Positions 1 to 8,229 of a stretch of 64,000 bases of DNA are shown here, piece by piece. The position numbers and the translations under genes are program-made. Source of the DNA: Candidatus Aminicenantes bacterium. Its GTDB lineage: Bacteria; Acidobacteriota; Aminicenantia; Aminicenantales; Saccharicenantaceae. The stretch's first letter is position 1, and each line of letters opens with the position of its first letter. Location of the stretch: positions 27,007 through 91,006 of the forward strand of contig JAPKZD010000012.1 of assembly GCA_026393975.1 (NCBI GenBank). The letters run 5' to 3'. The notes beneath the pieces are model-generated. The model saw only the letters and a list, made by a program, of their open reading frames with translations. It was not told the origin of the DNA and searched no databases.

Positions 1-1788
1 CTCTGCCAGGGGGAACATGATGAGCAGGCGCTTGTCCTGAGGAAGAACGGCGTTCTGGATCTGGTCGTAACCCGTGTCGTACCAGTGTTCGCCCCGGTCG
101 AAGATCTTCCGGGTGTGCCAGAGAGCGCCTATCGTGAAGTAATCTTCGCGAAGGGCCTTGAAGATGTCGAAGACGACGTAGCACTCCGGGTCCTTAATGT
201 AGACCACGACCCGGTCCGCCTGGTAGCCCCACCCGTCGTCGATGACGCGCGTCCGGCTGTAATCGAAGTCGTCGAAGGACAGGAAGTCGACTTTCCTCGT
301 CCGGACCGGTCGGTACGAGCCGGCATTACGCATGAACTCGAGAAGCGTCTGGCCGGGGACGGCGTCTCGGACGCCGTAGCGCGACTCGCCGGCCTGCTGG
401 CCCCAGAAGATCTTCTCCGGCCGGACGCAGAGGCGGTTGTGGAAGTAGTCCTGGCGGTAAGCCCCGTAGGGTCCGGACGGCATATAATCGCGGTAGCCGC
501 CGTCGTGGAGCAGGACCGAGCCGCCCGACATCAGCAGAACGAGGCTGTTCTCATCGGCGTGACCGTGCGTCATTTTCTCTTCCTCGACCGGGATCGTGTC
601 CCGCAGGTAGTCGCGGAAGTTCAGGCCGCCGTCGCCCTCGTCCCGGTAATTGAGGAGGAGGTAGCTCGAGAGGGGCGACCAGCCGTTCCGGAAAACTATT
701 TTTTTACCCTGGACGTCCTCCATGACTTCCATGGACGAGGCGGTGGGTACCGCGGCTTTGACTTCGTCCGTTCCCCAACGGTAGCAGTCGAGGAGCATGT
801 ATCCGAGGCCGGAGCTCGTCGGTTTGTCGAAATCGACGAATTTGGCGGCGATCGTCTCCGCCGCCCATTTGAGCCCGGGGTCCCGGAGGGCCGCCGCGGC
901 CGCTTCGAAGAAGACCAGGAAGTGGGTCCAGTTGGACGTCCAGTGGGCGTCGCCCAGGTCGGGGACGACGCCGGCCGGGCACATGAGGTTCAGGTAGTAT
1001 TGGGCGTAATAGAACATCTCGGGCGTCCGGAACAGCTCTTTGATCTCGTCCAGGGCGTCGGCGTAGCCGAGGAGAGAGTAAAGCCAGACGCCGTTGTAGA
1101 TCGTGGCGTCCTCGATCTGCCAGTTCCCCCAGTTGTCGTCGCCGAGGGCCCGCCTCTGCATATCCCATTTGGGCGTGTCCGGGTGTTTCGGCAGGGCGCG
1201 GACGGCCCAGGCTAGGGACTCGGCCCGGAGCGCGGAACGGTTCATCGGTCCCCATTCCTGGGTCCGGAGGAGGTAGCGCATGCTTCCGGCGATGAGGTCC
1301 GCCGCTTTCTTGTCCTCGGCGGGGGAGAGGCGCCCGAGGCGCCGGAGCGTGTCGTAGGTCCGGATGTAGCGCATAGCCGTGAAAAAGTCGGGCAGGGCCG
1401 GCACCCCGTCGGTGTAGTCGGGCCTGAGTTTGATGGACGATTCGGGATAGGCGGAGCGGTAATCGCCGTAGGTCAGGAGGACGTCCTTGGCCCGGGCGGC
1501 ATATTCGGACTTTTTTTCTTTTTCGTAGAGATACGAGTAGATCACCGCCATCTCAAGGAGCCCGCCGGGCGGGCGGTAGCCGAAGACGTTGAGGGGGTCG
1601 AAGGTCTTCTTCCACTGGGCGAGGAGCTCGTCGGCGTGGTCGTATGTCCAGGCGGCCGAGGCCCGGGCGTAGGCCAGGTAGCGATCGCGCGGGGCGCCCT
1701 GGAGCGAAGGTGCCAGGAGAGGCAGGAGAGAGATAACGGTGATTACGAGGGCAGCTGAGCGGCTGATTCCCAAAGGCATTGTTCTCAT
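1..1788 (-). CDS. Secreted heparinase II/III-like (polysaccharide lyase-like) protein, runs off the left edge of the window
   Basis: Not in the ORF track because it has no stop in the window. Manual translation: AGGAG RBS, ATG at 1788, signal peptide MRTMPLGISRSAALVITVISLLPLLAPSLQGA, helical N-terminal region, then VFRNGW and THGHADENSLVL...LLHDGGY...HN, resembling the heparinase II/III C-terminal domain. Confidence 0.65.
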   Translation of the reverse strand, partial: MRTMPLGISRSAALVITVISLLPLLAPSLQGAPRDRYLAYARASAAWTYDHADELLAQWKKTFDPLNVFGYRPPGGLLEMAVIYSYLYEKEKKSEYAARAKDVLLTYGDYRSAYPESSIKLRPDYTDGVPALPDFFTAMRYIRTYDTLRRLGRLSPAEDKKAADLIAGSMRYLLRTQEWGPMNRSALRAESLAWAVRALPKHPDTPKWDMQRRALGDDNWGNWQIEDATIYNGVWLYSLLGYADALDEIKELFRTPEMFYYAQYYLNLMCPAGVVPDLGDAHWTSNWTHFLVFFEAAAAALRDPGLKWAAETIAAKFVDFDKPTSSGLGYMLLDCYRWGTDEVKAAVPTASSMEVMEDVQGKKIVFRNGWSPLSSYLLLNYRDEGDGGLNFRDYLRDTIPVEEEKMTHGHADENSLVLLMSGGSVLLHDGGYRDYMPSGPYGAYRQDYFHNRLCVRPEKIFWGQQAGESRYGVRDAVPGQTLLEFMRNAGSYRPVRTRKVDFLSFDDFDYSRTRVIDDGWGYQADRVVVYIKDPECYVVFDIFKALREDYFTIGALWHTRKIFDRGEHWYDTGYDQIQNAVLPQDKRLLIMFPLAE

Positions 1789-1926
1789 GGTCTCACTCCT
1801 CAAGGCTTTAACTTTTTTTATCACAATTCCCCGGTCGACGCAAAACCCCCTGGTCCGGGAGTTTCCTGTTGCGAGCGTTGCCGGGCGTGTGAGAGAATAA
1901 ACGCGAATAGTTCGGAAGGAGTCAGC

Positions 1927-2871
1927 ATGGCCATGAAGATCGGAAGACGGGAATTCTTCAGGAAGAGCGCCCAGGCCGGATTAGCCCTGGCCGTGGGGCG
2001 GGAGCTCGTAGCGAGGGCAAAACCCGTCGGCGCAGGCCTTGCCGGCAAGGCCGTGTTCGTAGCCGTGGGCATCGGTGCGGACTACGAGAAAGCGACGATG
2101 AAGGCCGTGGAGCTGCTGGGCGGTATCAAGAAGTTCGTCCCCAAGAAAGCCAGGGTCGCCCTGCTCCCGAACGTCCAGAGCCGTCACCCCGGTTCCTTCA
2201 CCAAACCCGAGGTCCTGCGGGCCGTCATCAAGCTTTGTAAGAAAGCCGGGGCGAAAGAGATCAATTGCCTAAGCTGGCAATCGATCAAGCAGTGGGAGGA
2301 TACGGGCCTCAAGGCCGTCATCGACGCGGAGGGCGTGGGGCTCAGGCTCTTCGAGACCGACGAGGCGCTTTTCAAGCCCGTGCCGGTCCCCGGCGGGCAG
2401 GCCATCACCGAGGTCCGTATCCTGGCCGATTTCTACAACCACGACCTCCTCATCAATATGCCTATCACCAAAGACCATGCAGGGAACAAATTCACCGGGA
2501 CGATGAAGAACCTCATGGGCCTGAACTCGCCCGGGAACAACCGGACCTTCCACCGGCCGAACTGGAAGACGGACCCGAACGACGTCGCCCACCTCGAGCA
2601 GGCGATCGTCGACCTGAACAAGGCGGTGAAGCCTGCCCTCAACGTCGTCGACGCCACCGAGTTCATCGTCACGAACGGTCCCTTCGGGCCGGGCCAGCTC
2701 TTAAGGCCTCAGAAAGTGGTCGCCGGCACCGACCGAGTCGCCGTCGACGCCTACTGCGCCGGCCTCTGGGGCCTCGAGCCCAAGGACATCGTCCAGATCA
2801 AACGAGCCTCCGAGCAGGGGCTTGGGGAGATCAACCTGGACAAGGTCGTCGTCAGGGAAGAGAACGTTTAG
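1927..2871 (+). CDS. DUF362 domain protein with Tat signal peptide
   Basis: GRREFFRKS twin-arginine motif; VALLPN, TKPEVLRAVI, INMPITKDH, TGTMKNLMG and DRVAVD motifs typical of DUF362; AAGGAG RBS. Confidence 0.85.
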   Translation: MAMKIGRREFFRKSAQAGLALAVGRELVARAKPVGAGLAGKAVFVAVGIGADYEKATMKAVELLGGIKKFVPKKARVALLPNVQSRHPGSFTKPEVLRAVIKLCKKAGAKEINCLSWQSIKQWEDTGLKAVIDAEGVGLRLFETDEALFKPVPVPGGQAITEVRILADFYNHDLLINMPITKDHAGNKFTGTMKNLMGLNSPGNNRTFHRPNWKTDPNDVAHLEQAIVDLNKAVKPALNVVDATEFIVTNGPFGPGQLLRPQKVVAGTDRVAVDAYCAGLWGLEPKDIVQIKRASEQGLGEINLDKVVVREENV

Positions 2872-2905
2872 CGGACTCCGGAGGCCGGGCGGGGAGGTCG
2901 GCAAA

Positions 2906-3823
2906 ATGGCTGCAGCCAGGGGACTTCGCGCGACTTTGTTCCTGATGGGCTTATTCATCGCCAGCGCGTGGGCGGCATCGGGACTTTTCGAAGAAGGTCC
3001 GCTCCGGGCTTACCTTCCAGCGGACAATGCCGCCTCCGGCTGGACGAAGGAAGGGGAGCTCCAAGAATACGAGGGCGAGGAGCTCTACACTTACATCGAC
3101 GGCGGCGCAGAGATCTACCAGGAATACGGTTTCCGCCGGGTTATCCTCCAGGACTATAAGAACGCCAAAGGAAAGTCCGTCTCGCTCGAGATCTTCGAGA
3201 TGGAAACGCCGGCCGCCGCCTTCGGCATGTTCACGTTCAAGAGGTCCGGAGGTGGAAAGACGGTCTCTCTCGGCGCGGGCGCGGAGCTCGAGGCCTACTA
3301 CCTCAACTTCTGGAAGGGCAGGTTCCTGGTGACGCTGACGGGCTTCGACGAGGCCCGGGAAACGATCGACGGGCTTATGGGTATAGGCGGAGTCGTGGAC
3401 TCGAAAATCCGGGACGCGGGAGCGGCGCCCGGTCTCGTCGGCGCCCTGCCGGCGAAGGGCCTAGTTCCCGGCAGTGTCAAATATCTCAAGGGCCTGCTCG
3501 GCCTCAACAATATCTATTCCTTTTATACGTCGCGGGGGCTGGGTTTCTCGGAAGCGGCCAGGGGGGTCTACGAAAACGGGGCGACCCTGCTCATCCTGGA
3601 TTACGGGACAGCCGATGCCCGGGCCCGGGCCTGGCTTGACCTTAAAGCCCATCTCGCGGGCTCGGACAAATTCACGGCAGCGGCCGGCGGAAGCCCGGAC
3701 GTCTTCCGCGTCCTGGACGCTAAAGGGCAGAATGTGGCGATCGTGGAATCGGGGCCGCGCCTCCTCATCGGCATCAGCCCCGACCCGTCTGCCTCTCTCT
3801 CTATAGTCGGGCAGGCTCGTTAA
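2906..3823 (+). CDS. DUF6599-like exported protein
   Basis: Signal peptide (ASAWA); LYTYIDGGAEIYQEYGF, LEIFEM..AAFGMF and FWKGRFLV motifs. Start moved to ATG 2906, in frame with the track ORF. Confidence 0.7.
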   Translation: MAAARGLRATLFLMGLFIASAWAASGLFEEGPLRAYLPADNAASGWTKEGELQEYEGEELYTYIDGGAEIYQEYGFRRVILQDYKNAKGKSVSLEIFEMETPAAAFGMFTFKRSGGGKTVSLGAGAELEAYYLNFWKGRFLVTLTGFDEARETIDGLMGIGGVVDSKIRDAGAAPGLVGALPAKGLVPGSVKYLKGLLGLNNIYSFYTSRGLGFSEAARGVYENGATLLILDYGTADARARAWLDLKAHLAGSDKFTAAAGGSPDVFRVLDAKGQNVAIVESGPRLLIGISPDPSASLSIVGQAR

Positions 3824-3878
3824 GAGGGTCAGCCCCGACCCGTCTGCTTCTCTCGCTATAGTCGGGCAGTCCCGCTGA
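3774..3878 (+). repeat. Diverged tandem duplication of the 3' end of the DUF6599-like gene (55-bp period)
   Basis: TCAGCCCCGACCCGTCTGCCTCTCTCTCTATAGTCGGGCAG (3774-3814) vs TCAGCCCCGACCCGTCTGCTTCTCTCGCTATAGTCGGGCAG (3829-3869): 39/41 identical, each followed by two codons and a stop. Confidence 0.9.
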
Positions 3879-3982
3879 AAGCAGGGGCGGCTCCGACCCC
3901 GCTGTCCTCCGGGCTTACCCGTTCGCCAACGTTAAGCCCCGCCTTTCAAGGCGGGGATGATAATTGAGGCTCAGGGTTAACC

Positions 3983-4023
3983 TCGAACGAGCCCCGGCCT
4001 TGCCAAGACCGGGGCTCGTTCGA
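3983..4023. terminator. Probable bidirectional terminator hairpin between convergent operons
   Basis: Perfect 15-bp stem TCGAACGAGCCCCGG / CCGGGGCTCGTTCGA directly beyond the stop of the DUF6305-like gene. Confidence 0.75.
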
Positions 4024-4027
4024 AGGT

Positions 4028-4678
4028 TTACTGCAGGACCTGCTTGACGATATCGACGAGCCCCAGGGCGTATTCGATCTCAGTGAGCGGGATTTTCTTG
4101 GCCTGGGCGATCTTGGTGAACCGGCCGTCCCTATTGCTGTCTTTTGTCACGACGATGTAATCGGCGAGAGGGGCCACGGCGTCGATCATTCTCTCGTTGT
4201 CGCTCCCGGCCGCCCCGCGCTTCGATTCGCCGCCGATGTGGACGGCCATGACGAAAATCTTTTTCTGCTTGCAGAGTTCGATGCATTTCCGTAGACGGGT
4301 CTCCTCGCTGTCGAGAGTCAGGCCCGACGCCCCCATGCCTTTGAGGCTCGCCCCGATCGCGAAGATTACGGCCTTATAGGGCGTTCCGGCCGGGAACTTG
4401 GCCAGGTCGGTCGTGACCTCGATGTGGAAACCGGGGCCCGATTCGCGCCCGCCGAGCCCGACGCCGTCGGCCACCATTTCGGGGGTCGGGACGTCGCAGT
4501 AATCGTAGGCGATCGCGGCCTCGTCGAGGACGATGTTGAGGGTCGTCACGTCCGTGCTCTGGCCGGCCGAGGTCGTCAGCACGGGCAGGCCGGCCTTGGG
4601 GATCGTCTGTCCGGCGATGAGCAGGGTCAGGCCGAGGATCGCTCCGGCGGCCAGCCCCAAGATAATATTCTTCTTCAT
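4028..4678 (-). CDS. DUF6305-like exported protein
   Basis: Signal peptide; VLTTSAGQSTD, IGASLKGMGASG, HIGGESKRG..SD and NRDGRFT motifs. Confidence 0.75.
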   Translation of the reverse strand: MKKNIILGLAAGAILGLTLLIAGQTIPKAGLPVLTTSAGQSTDVTTLNIVLDEAAIAYDYCDVPTPEMVADGVGLGGRESGPGFHIEVTTDLAKFPAGTPYKAVIFAIGASLKGMGASGLTLDSEETRLRKCIELCKQKKIFVMAVHIGGESKRGAAGSDNERMIDAVAPLADYIVVTKDSNRDGRFTKIAQAKKIPLTEIEYALGLVDIVKQVLQ

Positions 4679-4711
4679 GTTCGTTCTCCTTCCGCGGACG
4701 CCCGGCGCCCG

Positions 4712-6436
4712 CTACTTCTTATCGGGCTCCATGAGGATGTCGAACGCCCGGGCGGCCTTCTTCCACCAGTCGGGAGTCGCCGGCTGGCCGCGGGAGAAGC
4801 CCCGTTTATCGGCGTTGTAGAGGTAGAGTCTGTTATATTTCACGAGAAGGTCGTCGCCGAGTTTCCACCAGGCGTTGACGACCGTCGTGACGTTATTGAG
4901 CGCGAACCCGGTCAGGAATTTCGCCGTCTCGGCCGGCTTCTTTTTGTAGAGGGCCAGGGCCTGCTGGTCGATCTCCGGAATGCGGGCGATCGCTTCCCCT
5001 TCGTACTTGGCCTGGGCCGCCGCGACGTCCTTGATGGCCTCGGAGTAGGCGACCTGGACATGGAAATCCGTGTAGTCGAAGGCCCAGCGGACCGAATCCC
5101 GGCTGAAGGTCCAGTGGTCGCCGACCATGAAGGACTTGGGCATCTCGGTCATTCCGGCGTAGAGCGGCATGTAGCAGGACGTGTCCTGGGAGCCGAAGGC
5201 GATCCAGACGATGCCGCCGATCGCGTCGGGCAGGCCGGCCCTGCTTTGAGTGACCGTCGAGTACTCGGCCAGGCCGTGGTCGATGACCCGCGTCCCCCGG
5301 TAGTAGTTGGGGTTCTTGAACGGACCGCCGCGGATGCCCATGACAGGGTCGAAGGGCGTCCCGTAACTCCGGTCCCGGGTCATGTTCATGACGTCCTGGA
5401 CAGAGATCTTGGCGTCGGGTTTCACCGAGAAAGGCAGATCCATATTCAGCGTCTCGGGCTTGAACTTCTTGGACGGGGCGACGATGTCGAAGAAGCGCCA
5501 CAGTCTCTGGATCCGGCCGTTGGTGCTGGCCGCGCTGCCTTCGACCGGGGAGTAGGCCCGCTTCCAGTTGAAGGGTTTGCCGCTCTTGGGGTCGTAATAC
5601 CCCATTTCGACCGCGAGCGATACGGCGTTCGGCGAGGCCATGAAGAAGTCCTTGTTGGCGAGGTCGATCTCGCCGATGCGCGATTCGTTGGGGCAGACGC
5701 TGACGTGGTCGTCCGGCACGCGCTGCGCGCACCAGACGGCGCCGGGCTTGCCGCTCTCCGGGGTCCACAGGGGTCCCGCGGGCATGATCTCGAAGATCCA
5801 GGCTTCCTTCGGGTCGGCCACGGCCAGCATCTCGCCGTCGTCATGGAAGCCGTAGCCGTACTTCTCGGCGAGCGACCCCATGACCTGGATGGCCTGGCGG
5901 GCCGTGCCGCCTCGTTCCATGCCCAAAAGTGTCAACATGGTCAGGTCGAGCTTGGCCGCCGGCGTCGGGTTCTGCATCTTCCGCTGACAGCCGATGGTCG
6001 ATTCGCCCATCGACACCTGCTTCTCGTTCATGTAGCCGAACATGCCGTGGTGGTAGGCATAGGTGTGGGGCACTTCGGGGATCTCGAGACCGGCGTAGTC
6101 CTTCTTGTAGAGGTCCCACTTGAGGCCTTCCGACGGCGGCCAGGTCTTGTACTGCGAGATGTGGTAGATCTTCCGGGTCGAGCCGGGCTTGTGGTCCGCG
6201 GCGGGGACGTGACGCCATGTCCAGTCGCACGTGCCGCAGTCGCAGGTGTGCGTGGTCATGACGGAGCCGTCCATCGAGGCGTCCTTGCCGACGAGGATGG
6301 ATGTGCACGCTTCGCCGGCGAGGACGATGTCCTCGAAGCCGGCTTGGGCCTGGCTCCTGGCCGTCGAAATGAGGCCGGCCAGGACGACGGCCAGGACGAG
6401 CGTCCCGCCGACGGCGATGAGTCGTTTTCTGTTCAT
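4712..6436 (-). CDS. C69-family dipeptidase (Ntn hydrolase), secreted, paralog 2
   Basis: Signal/pro-peptide, then EA-CTSILVGKDASMDGS (N-terminal Cys nucleophile); MNEKQVSMGEST, LAVADPKEAW, AQRVPDD, PNESRI. Confidence 0.9.
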   Translation of the reverse strand: MNRKRLIAVGGTLVLAVVLAGLISTARSQAQAGFEDIVLAGEACTSILVGKDASMDGSVMTTHTCDCGTCDWTWRHVPAADHKPGSTRKIYHISQYKTWPPSEGLKWDLYKKDYAGLEIPEVPHTYAYHHGMFGYMNEKQVSMGESTIGCQRKMQNPTPAAKLDLTMLTLLGMERGGTARQAIQVMGSLAEKYGYGFHDDGEMLAVADPKEAWIFEIMPAGPLWTPESGKPGAVWCAQRVPDDHVSVCPNESRIGEIDLANKDFFMASPNAVSLAVEMGYYDPKSGKPFNWKRAYSPVEGSAASTNGRIQRLWRFFDIVAPSKKFKPETLNMDLPFSVKPDAKISVQDVMNMTRDRSYGTPFDPVMGIRGGPFKNPNYYRGTRVIDHGLAEYSTVTQSRAGLPDAIGGIVWIAFGSQDTSCYMPLYAGMTEMPKSFMVGDHWTFSRDSVRWAFDYTDFHVQVAYSEAIKDVAAAQAKYEGEAIARIPEIDQQALALYKKKPAETAKFLTGFALNNVTTVVNAWWKLGDDLLVKYNRLYLYNADKRGFSRGQPATPDWWKKAARAFDILMEPDKK

Positions 6437-6464
6437 GTTGCGCTCCTTTTTCAGGGGGATACGG

Positions 6465-8189
6465 TTACTTCTTTTCGGGCTCGGTCAGGACGTCCAGGGC
6501 CTTGACGGCCCTGTTCCACCATTCCGGGTTGGCCGTGGGGATGCGGCCGCTCGACCGCTTCTCGGCGTTGTAGAGGCTGAGGTGGTTGTATTTCACCCAG
6601 AGGTCGTCGCCGAGCTTCCACCAGGCGCCGACCACGCTCGTCGCGTTGCTCTGGCTGAAGTCGGTGAGAAAGCGGACGGCCTCCTTGGGATTCTTCTTGT
6701 AGAGCTCGGCCGCCCGGGCGTCGATCTCGGGGACGCGGTCGAGGGCGCCGTCCTCCCAAGTTTTCCGGGCCGCCTTGACGTCCTCGATGGCGGCGTTGTA
6801 GGCGACCTGGACGTGGAAGTCGACGTAGTCGAAGGCCCAGCGGGCGGAGTCCCGGTTGAGGACGAAGTGGTCGCCGAGGCCGAAGGACTTAGGGATCTCG
6901 GTCGCCCCGGCGTAGAACGGGACGTAGCAGGACGTGTCCTGGGCGCCGAGGGCGACCCAGACGATGCCGCCGACCGGGTCGGGAAGCCACGAACGGCACT
7001 GGGTCAGGGTCGTATACTCGACGTTGGGAACGCTGATGAGGCGCGTGCCCTTGTAATAGTTCGGGTTCTTGAAGGGGCCGCCGCGGAGCCCCCGGACGGG
7101 ATCGAAAACCGAGCCCTGGGATTTATCGCGGGTCAGGGCCATGACGTCCCGAACCGAGAGCTTGGTGTCGGGTTTGACGGAGAAGGGGAAGTCCATGTTG
7201 GCCAAATCGACCTTGAACTTCTGGGACGGGGCGACGAGATCGAAGAAACGCCACATGCGGGAGTTGCGGCCCGCTGTGCTGAGGGCGCTTCCCTCCGACG
7301 GCGAATAGGCTCTCTTCCAACTGAAGGCCTTTCCGCCTTTGGGGTCGTAGAGCCCGGCCTCGACGGCATAGGAGACGACGTGGGCCGAGGCCATGAAGAA
7401 ATCGGCGTTGCCGAGGTCCATTTCGCCGATACGCGCCTCATTCGTGCAGACGGAGACGTGGTCGTCCGGAACCCGCTGGGCCGCCCAGACGGCGCCGGGC
7501 TTTCCGGACTTCGGAGTCCAGAGCGGGCCGACGGGCATGATCTCGAAGACCCAGACCTCCTTCGGGTCGGAGACGGCCAGCATTTCGCCTCCGTCGTGGT
7601 AGCCGTAGCCGTATTCCTCGGCCAGCGTGCCCATGAGCTTGATGGCCTCGCGGGCCGTCCGGCACCGCTCCATGGCCAGGAGGGTCAGCATAGAGATGTT
7701 GAGTGCGGGGGTCGGCGTCGGGTTGGAGATCTTGCGGACGTTGTTGATGGTCGATTCGGCGATGGCCAGCTGCTGGTCGTTCATGTAGCCGAAGACGGCG
7801 TGGTGGTAGCCGAAGGTATGCGGCACCTGCGGGATCTCGACGCCGGTGAAGTCCTTGAGGACCATGTCCCACTTGAGCCCCTCCGAGGGTGGCCAGGTCC
7901 GGATCTGGTTGATGTGGTAGAGCTTCCTCTTCTCGGTCGGCTTGTGATCGGCGGCCGGGACATGTCTCCAGGTGAAGTCACAGACGCCGCAGTCGGCCGC
8001 ATGAGTGCTCATGACCGAGCCGTCGGTCGAAGCCTCGCGCCCGACCATGATGACCGTGCAGGCCTCCGAGGTTTTGTCGAGGGCCGGGCCGGAAAACGGG
8101 CTATGGCCGGGGTCCAGGCTCAACCCGCCCGCGAACACGAGGACGGCGGCGAGGACCAGGGTGCCGGTGATTTTCTTCCGGATGGACAT
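6465..8189 (-). CDS. C69-family dipeptidase (Ntn hydrolase), secreted, paralog 1
   Basis: EA-CTVIMVGREASTDGS, MNDQQLAIAEST, AQRVPDD; collinear with the adjacent paralog; GGAGG RBS before ATG 8189. Confidence 0.9.
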   Translation of the reverse strand: MSIRKKITGTLVLAAVLVFAGGLSLDPGHSPFSGPALDKTSEACTVIMVGREASTDGSVMSTHAADCGVCDFTWRHVPAADHKPTEKRKLYHINQIRTWPPSEGLKWDMVLKDFTGVEIPQVPHTFGYHHAVFGYMNDQQLAIAESTINNVRKISNPTPTPALNISMLTLLAMERCRTAREAIKLMGTLAEEYGYGYHDGGEMLAVSDPKEVWVFEIMPVGPLWTPKSGKPGAVWAAQRVPDDHVSVCTNEARIGEMDLGNADFFMASAHVVSYAVEAGLYDPKGGKAFSWKRAYSPSEGSALSTAGRNSRMWRFFDLVAPSQKFKVDLANMDFPFSVKPDTKLSVRDVMALTRDKSQGSVFDPVRGLRGGPFKNPNYYKGTRLISVPNVEYTTLTQCRSWLPDPVGGIVWVALGAQDTSCYVPFYAGATEIPKSFGLGDHFVLNRDSARWAFDYVDFHVQVAYNAAIEDVKAARKTWEDGALDRVPEIDARAAELYKKNPKEAVRFLTDFSQSNATSVVGAWWKLGDDLWVKYNHLSLYNAEKRSSGRIPTANPEWWNRAVKALDVLTEPEKK

Positions 8190-8229
8190 TTTTAACACCT
8201 CCCGGGGAGCTTCGATGGGCCGGCCCCGC

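Noticed and set aside
1110-1140. Suspected frameshift at the C5 run in the lyase-like gene
   Set aside because: Recounting gives TGG GGG AAC TGG CAG, so the frame is intact.
85-1215. 376-aa plus-strand ORF and other long antisense ORFs (4424-6505, 6231-8195, 11189-13525, 17459-20242, 25457-27502, 54441-56744, 60939-62663)
   Set aside because: They are shadow ORFs opposite real genes, produced by strong GC3 bias; they have no motifs or RBS.
3774-3878. Possible mini CRISPR array
   Set aside because: Only two copies with a 14-bp gap, the first copy is protein-coding, and there are no cas genes.
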